From: Candidatus Poribacteria bacterium
GTDB lineage: Bacteria > Poribacteria > WGA-4E > WGA-3G
Length of the DNA stretch: 64,000 nt
Direction of reading: 5' to 3'
Assembly (NCBI GenBank): GCA_963663765.2
Contig: CAXXUA010000005.1
Coordinates: forward strand, 608,001 to 672,000
Position 1 is the stretch's first letter, and the number at the start of each line of letters is the position of its first letter. The translations under genes and the position numbers were made by a program. Positions 19,824 to 29,535 of the stretch are shown in pieces. The notes beneath the pieces are model-generated. The model did not search any database. It was not told where the DNA came from and worked only from the letters and a program-made list of their open reading frames with translations.

Positions 19824-20249
19824 CTAAACTTCAATTGTACCTTTATTAAAGCAGAAACAGGGTAATTTTATTATGGACTTTGTATCCGTTTTTTTTCTAA
19901 AGTATTTCTGTGTGAGTGTTTCTACCTGCTTTTCAAGCGTGCGATCTTTCTTGTTGCACCATAAGACAACGACTTGTGGGATACCGACAATTGCTACAAT
20001 GATGACCATTAGCCATGTGATCAGTTTTTCCACACCATCCACCCGCCCGCTGAGCGATGCAACATCTTCTTTTACAGATGCAATCTCACCTTTGAGTTCC
20101 GTTTTTATGGTTTGTATGTCATTTTGAATTGGCTTAAGTTCATCGGCTATGAGCAATCTAATTTTATTAAGATCGTATTGGTCCAGCTGACTGACTGCTG
20201 GTGTGCTGATGATAGCGATCAACATGAAGGCAATTGTAAAGTATTTCAT
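19824..20249 (-). pseudogene. Coiled-coil TM protein copy 2, C-terminal frameshift
   Basis: Near-identical to 18438-18854 but lacks one 11-aa repeat; a 5-nt loss near 19900 changes the tail (QKYFRKK vs QKIEALEKK). Confidence 0.7.
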
Positions 20250-20285
20250 TTTGTCTTCTTGTGCGTCTTGTTAGAATGTAGTGTG

Positions 20286-21011
20286 TTAGATACTTGTTTT
20301 CAAACGTGCAATTTCTTCACGGAGTAGTGCTGCTTCTGCTTCTGCGTTTTCAGCACGTGCTTCTGCGTTTACTCGTGCCATGGTTTCCTGTTCAGCGCGT
20401 GCTTCTGCAATTTCGGCGCGTGTCTGAACCCAGTCGTTCGCTATAGGATCAAAAATCGCTATCTCTGTATTCCGAAGACGGAAATCCAAACCCAAAATAG
20501 ATGATCGAATCCCATCATCATCGGGGGGAATCGCTTCATAGGCACCATCCACTAAAGTAAATCCCATCAGCGGAGATGGTAAATACAAACCCTCTGCATC
20601 ATATAAGAAATATTCTTGGATCTCCAATGAAGCGTAGACATCCATTTTCTCTCCCAAGTCTTTATTATAAGTGGTTTTACTTGAAAACTCCATCACGAAA
20701 TCCGGTGCTTTTCCTTCTTCCCATGTTTTATACGTCAGACGCATCTTTGGGTTTATACCAAAACAGACAAGTACATCTGGAGATATTGACTTCCGGGGGT
20801 CCCCTTCTCTATAATACATCATGATGTCACCGGAGATATAAACATCCGGGTTTTGTGCAAAATGTGCCTCAAGAGCCTGCAACGTCCATATTAGTAGTTT
20901 TAAATGATAATCACTTGCTGCCATAGGTTCGCCGTCCTCAGCAGGATAGTGAATTGCACCATCTGTAGGGACATAAGAAACAAAGGTATCTTTTGTATAT
21001 GGATGTGTCAT
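20286..21011 (-). CDS. Uma2-family endonuclease (copy 2, short tail)
   Basis: Highly similar to copy 1, with the same catalytic motifs. Confidence 0.9.
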   Translation of the reverse strand: MTHPYTKDTFVSYVPTDGAIHYPAEDGEPMAASDYHLKLLIWTLQALEAHFAQNPDVYISGDIMMYYREGDPRKSISPDVLVCFGINPKMRLTYKTWEEGKAPDFVMEFSSKTTYNKDLGEKMDVYASLEIQEYFLYDAEGLYLPSPLMGFTLVDGAYEAIPPDDDGIRSSILGLDFRLRNTEIAIFDPIANDWVQTRAEIAEARAEQETMARVNAEARAENAEAEAALLREEIARLKTSI

Positions 21012-21075
21012 TGTGTTTCTCCTTTGTTGTCCGATGCGTGAAAACGGAGATAATCAACTTCATGTAATTTCGGTA

Positions 21076-21726
21076 TCACTTTTTCTTGAGAACCATTTCC
21101 TGATCAGAATAAGTCAGTGTTAACGTATCTTCTGTAGCATCCCATGTATATTCAATGCGACTATCGAATATAAAATTCGATGGATGTGGTGTTAATCCGC
21201 TTTTCGATTCTGCTGCCAAATCTGCTTCTAATTCTTCTACAGTTTTATTTACCAATTGTGCTGCCCATACCTCTTCAGGCTCAAGCGTTACTTCAACATC
21301 CAGTTTGACATCTTCTGTAGTGATTGTTATGGTGTTTCCTTCTACAGTATACATCCCTATTATCGTGTAAGTTATTTCCTGCGTCATTGAGTGAATAGGT
21401 GGGCCCGGGTATTTCTCTGATAACTCAAACATTAAGCTGCCCGATAACGAACCATTAGCTTCAAAAACCCAATTATTTGAAATGAGCGTGTACGCTGGTT
21501 GATCTTCCATGTCTTCCGGTTGTACCGTTTCGAATTGCCTGGGGAAAAAGATCTCAAACATTTCACCATTAATTGAGGCAATTTCCCAAGAAACTCCAAC
21601 AAAACTTAATTCAACATTAATCTGATCATCATCATCCTGATTTTCATCATTTTCACCACAACCGATCAAGGAAATCGAGAGTAGTGCTAACAAAACCATA
21701 GCAAAGGTTCCATAAAGTAATTTCAT
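21076..21726 (-). CDS. Acidic lipoprotein of unknown function
   Basis: Signal peptide with LIGC lipobox; beta-rich lipocalin-like pattern. Confidence 0.7.
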   Translation of the reverse strand: MKLLYGTFAMVLLALLSISLIGCGENDENQDDDDQINVELSFVGVSWEIASINGEMFEIFFPRQFETVQPEDMEDQPAYTLISNNWVFEANGSLSGSLMFELSEKYPGPPIHSMTQEITYTIIGMYTVEGNTITITTEDVKLDVEVTLEPEEVWAAQLVNKTVEELEADLAAESKSGLTPHPSNFIFDSRIEYTWDATEDTLTLTYSDQEMVLKKK

Positions 21727-21792
21727 GTGTAAGTTCTCTCCTACAATAAGATTACATTGCTTTTGCGACTGTTTCTAAGCTTCAGTTTTAAG

Positions 21793-22176
21793 TTAGTATT
21801 TTCCCCAAAACTGGATCCGATTTTTCTCTGGGTCTCTAACGTCAAAACACGCTAACCCTTTTTCATTCTCTAATGGTCTCAACCGCAATCCTTTCGCTTT
21901 CAAGTCCTGATGAACAGCGCTCACACTTTCAACGTGAAGGATTAACTTTTGCCTACCCTCATTTGGCTTACTTGCACTATGGAGACACAGTTTACACTCA
22001 CCTGTATCAAACCGGTAAAAACGATTAGCTGGAAATGGTTGATCTTCATCCGGTGTCAATCCGATTACATCACTATAAAATGCAATGACTTTTTTCATAT
22101 CTTTTACAAAAAGCATTACTCCGCCAAGACTAACTGTCATTTCTGACATATCTCTACCATTTAAGGTGCGATCCAA
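21793..22176 (-). CDS. VOC/glyoxalase family protein
   Basis: LFVKDMKKVIAFYSDVIGL ... RDPEKNRIQF; start uncertain. Confidence 0.85.
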   Translation of the reverse strand: MDRTLNGRDMSEMTVSLGGVMLFVKDMKKVIAFYSDVIGLTPDEDQPFPANRFYRFDTGECKLCLHSASKPNEGRQKLILHVESVSAVHQDLKAKGLRLRPLENEKGLACFDVRDPEKNRIQFWGKY

Positions 22177-22200
22177 TTTCCCTACTATGTAAGGGAATTA

Positions 22201-23397
22201 TTACCTATCCAACTCCCCTGCAATCACGTTTAAACTCCCTAACACAGCCACCGTATCCGATACCATGCCGCCTTCCAACATGTGCGGTAGTGCTTGGAAG
22301 TGGAAGAAACTCGGTGGACGTATCCTAATCCGATAGGCAGTTCCACTACCATCACTCACAATGTAGAAACCCAATTCACCATTTGGTGATTCTGTGGCAC
22401 AATAATGATCACCTAATGGCGGTTGTACACCATGCCCATCCATCACAATCTTAAAATGATGAATTAATCCCTCAATATGTCCATACGCATCCGATTTTTC
22501 TGGCATCATGATTTTGTTGTCTTCTACACAATACGGACCATCAGGCAAATTATCCAACGCCTGTTGGACGATACTACAACTCTGTATCATCTCCTCCATT
22601 CGCACTAAATAGCGGTCATAGGCATCCCCGTTGGTACCAACCGGTACTTCAAATTTCATTTCATTGTAAGACGAGTACGGTTCCGCTTTACGAATATCGT
22701 GTGAAACACCAGTTGCACGCAAACAGGGACCGGTTAACCCATAATTTATCGCTTCTTCAGAAGAAATTGCCCCAACGTCTTTTGTCCTATCCATCCAAAT
22801 TCTATTGCGGGTTAGCAATGTATGGGTTTCCTTCAGTGCCTTCGGTAAATTGGTAATGAAATCCCGAGCATCAGTTTCGAACCCATCATAGAGGTCACGG
22901 AATACACCTCCGACACGCGTGTAACTTGTTGTCAACCGCGCGCCAGTTGTCTTTTCAAAAATGCTATAGAGTTTTTCGCGCTCACGGAAACTGTACAAGA
23001 AGACTGAAAACGCTCCTAAATCCAATGCAGCAGTACCAAGCCACAATAAATGGTCTGCCAAACGAGAAAGTTCTGCCATCAAAATACGGATATATTGACA
23101 ACGTTTTGGCACTTCAATACCGAGCAATTGTTCCACCGCAAGCACATAACCGAAATTGTTAGACAACGGTGACAGATAATTCATCCTATCCGTTACGACT
23201 ATGTATTGGTTATAATCCAGATGCTCACCCAGTTTTTCAAAACCAGTATGTAAGTAACCAGCATGGGGTGTCGCCTTCAAAACGGTTTCACCATCAAGTT
23301 CTAAGACTATCCGAAGTGTACCGTGCGTTGCAGGGTGTTGTGGTCCGAAGTTGAGAACCATCCTCTCGCCTGTCGTGCGTTCCATCCCAGCTTGCAT
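22201..23397 (-). CDS. nuoD: NADH-quinone oxidoreductase subunit D
   Basis: NFGPQHPATHGTLR, GYLHTGFEK, ESPNGELG, GELDR. Confidence 0.97.
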   Translation of the reverse strand: MQAGMERTTGERMVLNFGPQHPATHGTLRIVLELDGETVLKATPHAGYLHTGFEKLGEHLDYNQYIVVTDRMNYLSPLSNNFGYVLAVEQLLGIEVPKRCQYIRILMAELSRLADHLLWLGTAALDLGAFSVFLYSFREREKLYSIFEKTTGARLTTSYTRVGGVFRDLYDGFETDARDFITNLPKALKETHTLLTRNRIWMDRTKDVGAISSEEAINYGLTGPCLRATGVSHDIRKAEPYSSYNEMKFEVPVGTNGDAYDRYLVRMEEMIQSCSIVQQALDNLPDGPYCVEDNKIMMPEKSDAYGHIEGLIHHFKIVMDGHGVQPPLGDHYCATESPNGELGFYIVSDGSGTAYRIRIRPPSFFHFQALPHMLEGGMVSDTVAVLGSLNVIAGELDR

Positions 23398-23432
23398 ATA
23401 AAACTCCTTTTATATATAAATGTTACTTACTC

Positions 23433-23554
23433 CAAGACCTGCGCAGTTTTCATGATTAAATCAAGAATTGTGATGAAAATGATGTAATTTTCAACATTAT
23501 TTGTGTTTCCAGCGCGCTTACAAAGCACGTCTACCGTTGGGTACGTAAGTCCTC
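23433..23554 (-). mobile_element. MITE family C (122 bp, degenerate) between nuoC and nuoD
   Basis: Degenerate CAGGACTTACGCA-type ends; 6-bp TSD TTACTC; similar to 51046-51167 in reverse orientation. Confidence 0.8.
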
Positions 23555-23732
23555 TTACTCTTGACTATCTTTAAGTTGTTGCTTGAGATGTTTATATTTA
23601 GTGTTGATGTGTTGAAATATATTTTGAACAAGTCCCAATAAGAAACATACAATGCTTACATAAACACAAATGAGAAACGTTAAAGAAATTACATTCATAA
23701 TCCTAACCGTATTATAATTAATTATTTACAAA

Positions 23733-24278
23733 TTAGGCATTCTGCTTATCAAAATTAAATCTTTCACGTTCACCACGACCCCGAAGCGGATAATCCTTAC
23801 GAAGCGGATGTCCATCAAAATCATCGGGCATCAAAATCCGCTGCAAATCAGGATGTCCTTCAAAGTCTATGCCAAACATATCATAAGTTTCACGTTCCAA
23901 CCAATTCGCACCCTTCCATAACTTCGTCACAGATTGAACTTTCAGGTCCTTTTCATGCACAGGTACTTTGACACGTATACGTTGCGTTTCACCTTCAAAA
24001 GTGTATAGTTGATAGACAACCATGTATCTTGCGTAGTCATATTTTATCAATTCTGATTCTAAATTAGAATTGTCAACCGCTGTGATATCAACAAGAAATG
24101 TATATGCAAGTTCCGTTTTGAGATATGCTAATAATGCGAAAATATTTTCTTTATTAACTACAACAGAAACGCCATTACTGACTTCTACATCAGCCAATAG
24201 TGCATCAGGAAACTTTTCTCGTAATCTTTTAAGCACCAACGGTTGTGTCTCTTCAGTTATCTCTTTTTCTTCACTCAT
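23733..24278 (-). CDS. nuoC: NADH-quinone oxidoreductase subunit C
   Basis: [38 protein letters not shown]; ATG 24278 overlaps the nuoB end. Confidence 0.96.
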   Translation of the reverse strand: MSEEKEITEETQPLVLKRLREKFPDALLADVEVSNGVSVVVNKENIFALLAYLKTELAYTFLVDITAVDNSNLESELIKYDYARYMVVYQLYTFEGETQRIRVKVPVHEKDLKVQSVTKLWKGANWLERETYDMFGIDFEGHPDLQRILMPDDFDGHPLRKDYPLRGRGERERFNFDKQNA

Positions 24279-24798
24279 TATAAGCAACCTCAGAACCTTT
24301 GGGTAATGTGCCTTTGTCAATTTTACGTTGCACCTGCATCACCGCATCAATCAAATCTTCAGGTCGTGGTGGACAACCAGGAATGTAGACATCCACAGGA
24401 AGAAACTGATCAACGCCTTGTATTAACGTATATGTATCAAAAACACCGCCACAAGACGCACATGCTCCCATTGAAATAACCCACTTCGGTTCAGGCATCT
24501 GGTCATAGATTCGCTTCAACACCGGCATCATTTTGATTGAGATACGACCAGAAACAATCAAAAGATCGGATTGACGCGGAGAAAAACGAATCGCTTCAGA
24601 ACCGAAACGTGATAGATCGTATTTAGATGCCAAAGTTGCCATCATCTCAATCGCACAGCAAGCCGTACCAAAAGGCATCGGCCACAGTGAATTTCTGCGT
24701 CCCCAATTCACAACTTTGTCAATTGTCGTTGTTAAGATATTGCCATCTGTAGGTTCAGCGCGATGACCATTTTGTATATCTGTTTTGGCTAATCCCAT
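24271..24798 (-). CDS. nuoB: NADH-quinone oxidoreductase subunit B
   Basis: [23 protein letters not shown]; ATG 24798 with GGAGG RBS. Confidence 0.97.
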   Translation of the reverse strand: MGLAKTDIQNGHRAEPTDGNILTTTIDKVVNWGRRNSLWPMPFGTACCAIEMMATLASKYDLSRFGSEAIRFSPRQSDLLIVSGRISIKMMPVLKRIYDQMPEPKWVISMGACASCGGVFDTYTLIQGVDQFLPVDVYIPGCPPRPEDLIDAVMQVQRKIDKGTLPKGSEVAYNE

Positions 24799-25163
24799 GT
24801 TAATCCTCCTTTTCTCCAAGCATAAATATAACCAAGCAGCAGAATGCCGATAAATACAAACATCTCAATTAAAAAAAACAATCCAATCCCTTCTGTTCCA
24901 GCAAAATCTTTAAAAACCACCGCCCAAGGATAAAGAAAAACCACCTCAATATCAAAAATGATAAAAAGCATCGCTATAAGGTCAAACCGGATAGAGAACC
25001 TTTGTCGGGCATCTCCGACAGGTTGCACACCAGATTCGTAGACAGATAGTTTAACACGTGTGGGTTTTTTGGGTCCAAGAAGATGGGTAAGGGAAAGGTT
25101 GACTGCCGCAAACAATACAGCAAATAAACCTAAAAACAGTATCGGAAGATAATCTATTAACAT
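24789..25163 (-). CDS. nuoA: NADH-quinone oxidoreductase subunit A
   Basis: [25 protein letters not shown]. Confidence 0.97.
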   Translation of the reverse strand: MLIDYLPILFLGLFAVLFAAVNLSLTHLLGPKKPTRVKLSVYESGVQPVGDARQRFSIRFDLIAMLFIIFDIEVVFLYPWAVVFKDFAGTEGIGLFFLIEMFVFIGILLLGYIYAWRKGGLTWD

Positions 25164-25311
25164 AAGCTCAATTCTACTTTAAGCCTTCAGCAACAAAAAT
25201 AATGAGTAATCATCTAATTATCGGTCAATATTCAATTTAATTCTCTGTTGCCCAAAGTAATTTTGACTGTTTGATTAAAATTCGCAACCAAATTAGTCAT
25301 ATTTCTCTATA

Positions 25312-25339
25312 ATTTTACATATTTAGAGAAAAGTGTCAA
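25312..25339 (-). promoter_or_regulatory. Candidate sigma70 promoter for the nuo operon
   Basis: Minus strand TTGACA-16 nt-TAAAAT, about 150 nt upstream of nuoA. Confidence 0.45.
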
Positions 25340-25463
25340 GTTTTTTTCCAAGAATTATATGATTTTTTTGAAAAGTTGTTGAAAAAATGTGATGAGACTA
25401 TTCATGTAGACTTGTAAGATTCTTATAGAATGCGTAACATTTTCATCTATTCAGTTGTGAGCT

Positions 25464-25844
25464 TCACCATCGCCGATAATATGATGAAATTATAACAAAG
25501 ATACCAAGCGTATTATCAAGATATTGGTAACCGCTACAATCTGGTTCTGTAAAGCGGTGTAATAATGCTAATGAAAATTCCCAAGATTTGCGTGTCAACT
25601 TCCAAGTGAAATGGTTTTTTGTGTTGTCTATCAAAACTGCACCAATATCTTCATCACTAATCTGCGCTGAAAGTATACAACCCTCTAACGGAGATATAAA
25701 TGGCAAAGTGTGAATATCAAGTGTTTTCCCAGAACCCAAAATGATATCGTGTATCGCTTTGTGTAATTGTTCTGCCTTGGCAGGTGTAATTGGAGACATA
25801 AGTATCACCGGGTCTTCAGATAGTGGAAAATATTCAAGTTCCAT
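25464..25844 (-). CDS. Hypothetical protein
   Basis: 126-aa ORF with a strong GAGGAGG RBS; no family recognised. Confidence 0.65.
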   Translation of the reverse strand: MELEYFPLSEDPVILMSPITPAKAEQLHKAIHDIILGSGKTLDIHTLPFISPLEGCILSAQISDEDIGAVLIDNTKNHFTWKLTRKSWEFSLALLHRFTEPDCSGYQYLDNTLGIFVIISSYYRRW

Positions 25845-26127
25845 AAATCCTCCTCAAAATATTCAACTTGTCAGTCTTCGGTTTGGCACGCGAAAATATT
25901 TCCTATACAAACAATCTTAGTATAAGACCAAAAATTCCATTTTGATAAATTCTACATGGATATTCTTCTATTTGCAAGTATTTCAGCAAAAAACGGGTGT
26001 ATAAGGTTTTAATTATCAGAACCAGAATTTTCAGGATTGGTAGATTATTTGATTAGAGTTTACCCATCAAGAACCAATGTTTAATGTGTAGTTCTCTTGG
26101 TACAAAATCAAGAAAGTTCGTATTTAT

Positions 26128-26315
26128 GGTGAAATTTGAAAATAAGTATACATTTCTACAATTTACGATATTGGCTATCATGTTTAGTATTCTATTCTTT
26201 TATTTGGTAGGAGCGACCTCCTGGTCGCGACTGTTTTGATACATGGTCTCTATACGGTCGCGACCAGGAGGTCGCGCCTACCTTTGCAAGTGTGTAATTA
26301 TTTCCATAACTTACC
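26128..26315. mobile_element. MITE-like element with GGT..ACC (IS1-like) ends and a GTAG REP doublet
   Basis: Imperfect TIR; internal GTAGGAGCGACCTCCTGGTCGCGAC / GTCGCGACCAGGAGGTCGCGCCTAC; related left end at 63788; no TSD seen. Confidence 0.55.
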
Positions 26316-26352
26316 AAAAATTGGAATGCTCAAGCATCGTTCGCTTATCCTA

Positions 26353-27774
26353 CTGACATACTCCCCAAGCTAAAGCATGGGGGTTCTTAGTTCTTATATT
26401 GGAAACAGTTTGAGTTGTTTCCAAACGACTTTTCCTGCTTCCGTGTCTCGTGCCCTTTCCTGAACAGCTTTGGGTCTTATTTGCACTCCACAGGCGTGAC
26501 TTTCGGTGTGTCCCACCGTAGTTGGTTTCAAGTTTATTGCAGCGTTGACATCTCTATCTATAGACATATCACATTGACTGCAGTGATACATTCTTTCTGA
26601 AAGTGTTAGGTCTTTCTTTTTGTGTCCACAACCGGAACAGGTTTTACTACTTGCAAAGAACATATCTGCTTCTTTGACAGGTATACCGTGCACTTCTGCT
26701 TTTGTCTTGAGTTTTAGCAGGAAACCGCCTAATGCCGTATCTGACAATGCTTTTGCGAGGTTTCTGTTCTTCAGCATATTCGTAACCTTGAGTGTCTCAA
26801 TACCGATCGCAGATGCGAGGTTGACAATCTCTGTAGTTGCTTTATGATGTGCATCGTTTCGGATACAAGCGATACGATAGTAGATACGTTCTAACTTGTG
26901 TTTTTGTTTGAACCAGTTGTTAGACTTGAAAACTTTTCTACTTAATCTACGTTGTTCTCTTGCTAACTTCTTTTCATATCGTTTCAGGGGTCTTGGATTA
27001 TCATATTTCGTGCCATCACTCAATGTGGCAAGTGTGTTTATGCCTACATCTATACCAATCACAGGGTGCGTTGAATTATCAACTGCTTCGGTGTCCTCTG
27101 TTTCTATGGTGATAGATACAAACCAACGATGTGCTGTCCTTGAGATCGTCACTTTCATAATCTTACCCACAAAACGCAATGATTCAAACATGCTAATCCA
27201 ACCAATCTTAGGAAGTTTGATACGCTTACCTTCAACTTCTACAGATTGATTATTTGTGGTGAATGCGTCCTTTTTGCCACGCTTCTTGAACTTCGGAAAC
27301 TTCGCACGCTTACCAACCCAATTCGCAAGCGCAGCAGACAAGTTACCAAATATGCTTTTATTGGCTACAACCTGATCCATATCTTTAGTCCAAGCATGTG
27401 CTTTCTTAGCAATATTAAATCGAGTGTTTAACTTTGCAGCGGTTAAGAACTCATCATTTGCCAATGCAGACTTGAAATCTGCCAATGCATGATTATATGC
27501 AAATCTCGCATAGCCACACTGTTGTGCAAACCATTTTCGTTGATTGTTATTTGGATTCAATGCAATCTTATGTGTTTTTAGCATGATGATATTCCAGTCC
27601 TATGAAGACGTCAGTTCCCTCTACTAAAGGTGTGTAGGTGTTAGTAGCACCTACACTGAACTGGTATAATGAGTATCTCATGTTTTAAACCAAAAATCAA
27701 GTTTTTTCTTGACACAAGCACTTAGCACGACTACATCCCACTACCTAAAGGTAGGGGTTTTGTCGTGATTCTTG
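26353..27774 (-). mobile_element. tnpB-only IS200/IS605-family element (IS1341-like), copy 1
   Basis: Boundaries defined by identity with 62349-63770; inserted 3' of TTAT; subterminal hairpins with TTTA loops at both ends; no tnpA; no TSD. Confidence 0.92.
26394..27584 (-). CDS. tnpB: RNA-guided endonuclease TnpB
   Basis: HTH N-terminus, RuvC-I GIDVG, RuvC-II IETL, CxxC..CxxC zinc finger, RuvC-III DRDVNAAIN all intact. Confidence 0.96.
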   Translation of the reverse strand: MLKTHKIALNPNNNQRKWFAQQCGYARFAYNHALADFKSALANDEFLTAAKLNTRFNIAKKAHAWTKDMDQVVANKSIFGNLSAALANWVGKRAKFPKFKKRGKKDAFTTNNQSVEVEGKRIKLPKIGWISMFESLRFVGKIMKVTISRTAHRWFVSITIETEDTEAVDNSTHPVIGIDVGINTLATLSDGTKYDNPRPLKRYEKKLAREQRRLSRKVFKSNNWFKQKHKLERIYYRIACIRNDAHHKATTEIVNLASAIGIETLKVTNMLKNRNLAKALSDTALGGFLLKLKTKAEVHGIPVKEADMFFASSKTCSGCGHKKKDLTLSERMYHCSQCDMSIDRDVNAAINLKPTTVGHTESHACGVQIRPKAVQERARDTEAGKVVWKQLKLFPI

Positions 27775-27813
27775 ATAATCTTATAAGCTTGAAAATCTTA
27801 GTTCAGTGAAATA

Positions 27814-29469
27814 TTACGGTTTAACATCCTTCACACAACGAAATCCCAGTACAGATTCCGTTCGATCCGGAAGATAATAACCTCGATCATATACGGTTAT
27901 ATGTCTTTTCGTATCATTCCATGATCCACCACGTGTTGACCGATGGTATCCTTTATCATCTGTTTCAAAATTAGATACAATTTCCGTAATACTGCCACCT
28001 TCAATAGGATTTTTGTACGGTGATTTACGATAAAATTCCCAATTAATTTCATCAAGACACCACTCCGAAACGTTGCCTGACATATCATAGAGACCGAAAC
28101 CATTCTCAAGAGATGCACCAACAGGAACTGTATCTCCAATATTACTACTACGGTAGTTTGCTTTATTCGCATCAATTGAATCACCCCACGGATAATGTTT
28201 ACCGTTCAACCCACCCCTTGCAGCTATTTCCCATTCCGCCTCTGTTGGCAAACGTTTACCTGCCCATTTTGCGTAAGCCATGGCAGCATACCAACTTACG
28301 TATGTAACTGGATGGTTTTCTTCCCCATGTGGGTAGTTATTCCCATACCAGTCGTATAAGTAATCGCCATCATGGAATTTTGGGTCAATCTTTGATTTAC
28401 GCCATTGTGGATTTGCAAGGATAAACTTCTTATATTGTGCGTTTGTCACCTCAAACTTGTCAATGTAAAATGCATCTACATAAACTTTATGTTCTGGTAT
28501 AGTATATTTATATGCGTTCTTACCTTCATATCCCATATTAAATTCACTTGCGGGAATCATGACCATTCTATCATTTTCAATTAAATCTACCGCACACCGA
28601 AAACCAGTATCCGGACTTGTTGTATTTGCCGAATCGCTGCCGCGCCCATCCACAGAAATCTCTCTTGGACTACTGATCCAGCCGCCTCCACGTTTTACTC
28701 GTGGACCGTTCATCAAATCTGCAGGGGGAATATTTTCAAAATTTAATATAATCTCGGTAATGCTTTCAGCACCTGCAATGGGATTATTTACAGGTCTACC
28801 ACGTGGATAAACCTTATAGTAAATACTAATATATTCATCAAGACACCACTCGGAGACATTTCCAGATACTTCATACAGTCCATACCCATTCTCGGGATAA
28901 GTGCCAACAGGTACAGTATCACCTATGATATCATGATCAATACCAATACGATAATTTGCTTTATTTTCGTCGTTCACATTGCCCCATGGAAAATATTGAT
29001 CTTTTGTGCCACCTCGCGCGGCTTTTTCCCATTCTGCTTCAGTCGGTAGGCGTTTCCCTGCCCACTTCGCGTAAGCTACCGCAGCATACCAACTGACATT
29101 AGTTACAGGGTGGTTTTCTTTATCGGGAGGGTAATTATTGTCAGTCCAATGGTGTAAGTATTTACCATCATGAAACTTTTTGTTGATGTTCTTTTTCTGC
29201 CATTCTGGATTCGCGAGGATAAATTTCTTATATTGACCATTAGTCACTTCGTATTTGTCCATGTAGAAGGCATCAACATAAACTATGTGTGCGGGTTTTG
29301 TAGATTTCAATGCTCCCGCATCATCATTTCCCATCTTAAATTCACCTGCAGGAATTAGTGCCATATCTTTCAGATTAGGTTTTTCTTCTTCGTTAGGATA
29401 ACAGTGAAATGATGCAATAGTGAATAAACATAATAGTATCAAAAACAGTGTGAAACATCTCTTTGTCAT
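27814..29469 (-). CDS. Secreted tandem FGE-sulfatase (SUMF1/CLec-fold) domain protein
   Basis: Signal peptide plus two domains, each with RLPTEAEWE, GLY.MSGNVSEW, RGG.W and GFRC; FGE catalytic Cys motif absent. Confidence 0.9.
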   Translation of the reverse strand: MTKRCFTLFLILLCLFTIASFHCYPNEEEKPNLKDMALIPAGEFKMGNDDAGALKSTKPAHIVYVDAFYMDKYEVTNGQYKKFILANPEWQKKNINKKFHDGKYLHHWTDNNYPPDKENHPVTNVSWYAAVAYAKWAGKRLPTEAEWEKAARGGTKDQYFPWGNVNDENKANYRIGIDHDIIGDTVPVGTYPENGYGLYEVSGNVSEWCLDEYISIYYKVYPRGRPVNNPIAGAESITEIILNFENIPPADLMNGPRVKRGGGWISSPREISVDGRGSDSANTTSPDTGFRCAVDLIENDRMVMIPASEFNMGYEGKNAYKYTIPEHKVYVDAFYIDKFEVTNAQYKKFILANPQWRKSKIDPKFHDGDYLYDWYGNNYPHGEENHPVTYVSWYAAMAYAKWAGKRLPTEAEWEIAARGGLNGKHYPWGDSIDANKANYRSSNIGDTVPVGASLENGFGLYDMSGNVSEWCLDEINWEFYRKSPYKNPIEGGSITEIVSNFETDDKGYHRSTRGGSWNDTKRHITVYDRGYYLPDRTESVLGFRCVKDVKP

Positions 29470-29535
29470 TGCTTATACCTCAATAGTCTTATCAACTAAG
29501 TGATCTAAAACTGTGTATTACAGTTTAGTATTGTC

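Noticed and set aside
3037-25163. Many short plus-strand and alternate-frame ORFs over nuo genes
   Set aside because: They are antisense shadows of well-conserved genes and carry no recognisable motifs.
26394-27584. Cas12f or nuclease-dead TnpB (TldR-like) regulator
   Set aside because: All three RuvC acidic residues are present, IS ends are intact, and there is no CRISPR array.
27814-29469. Diversity-generating retroelement in this window
   Set aside because: No reverse transcriptase, accessory gene or template repeat was seen.
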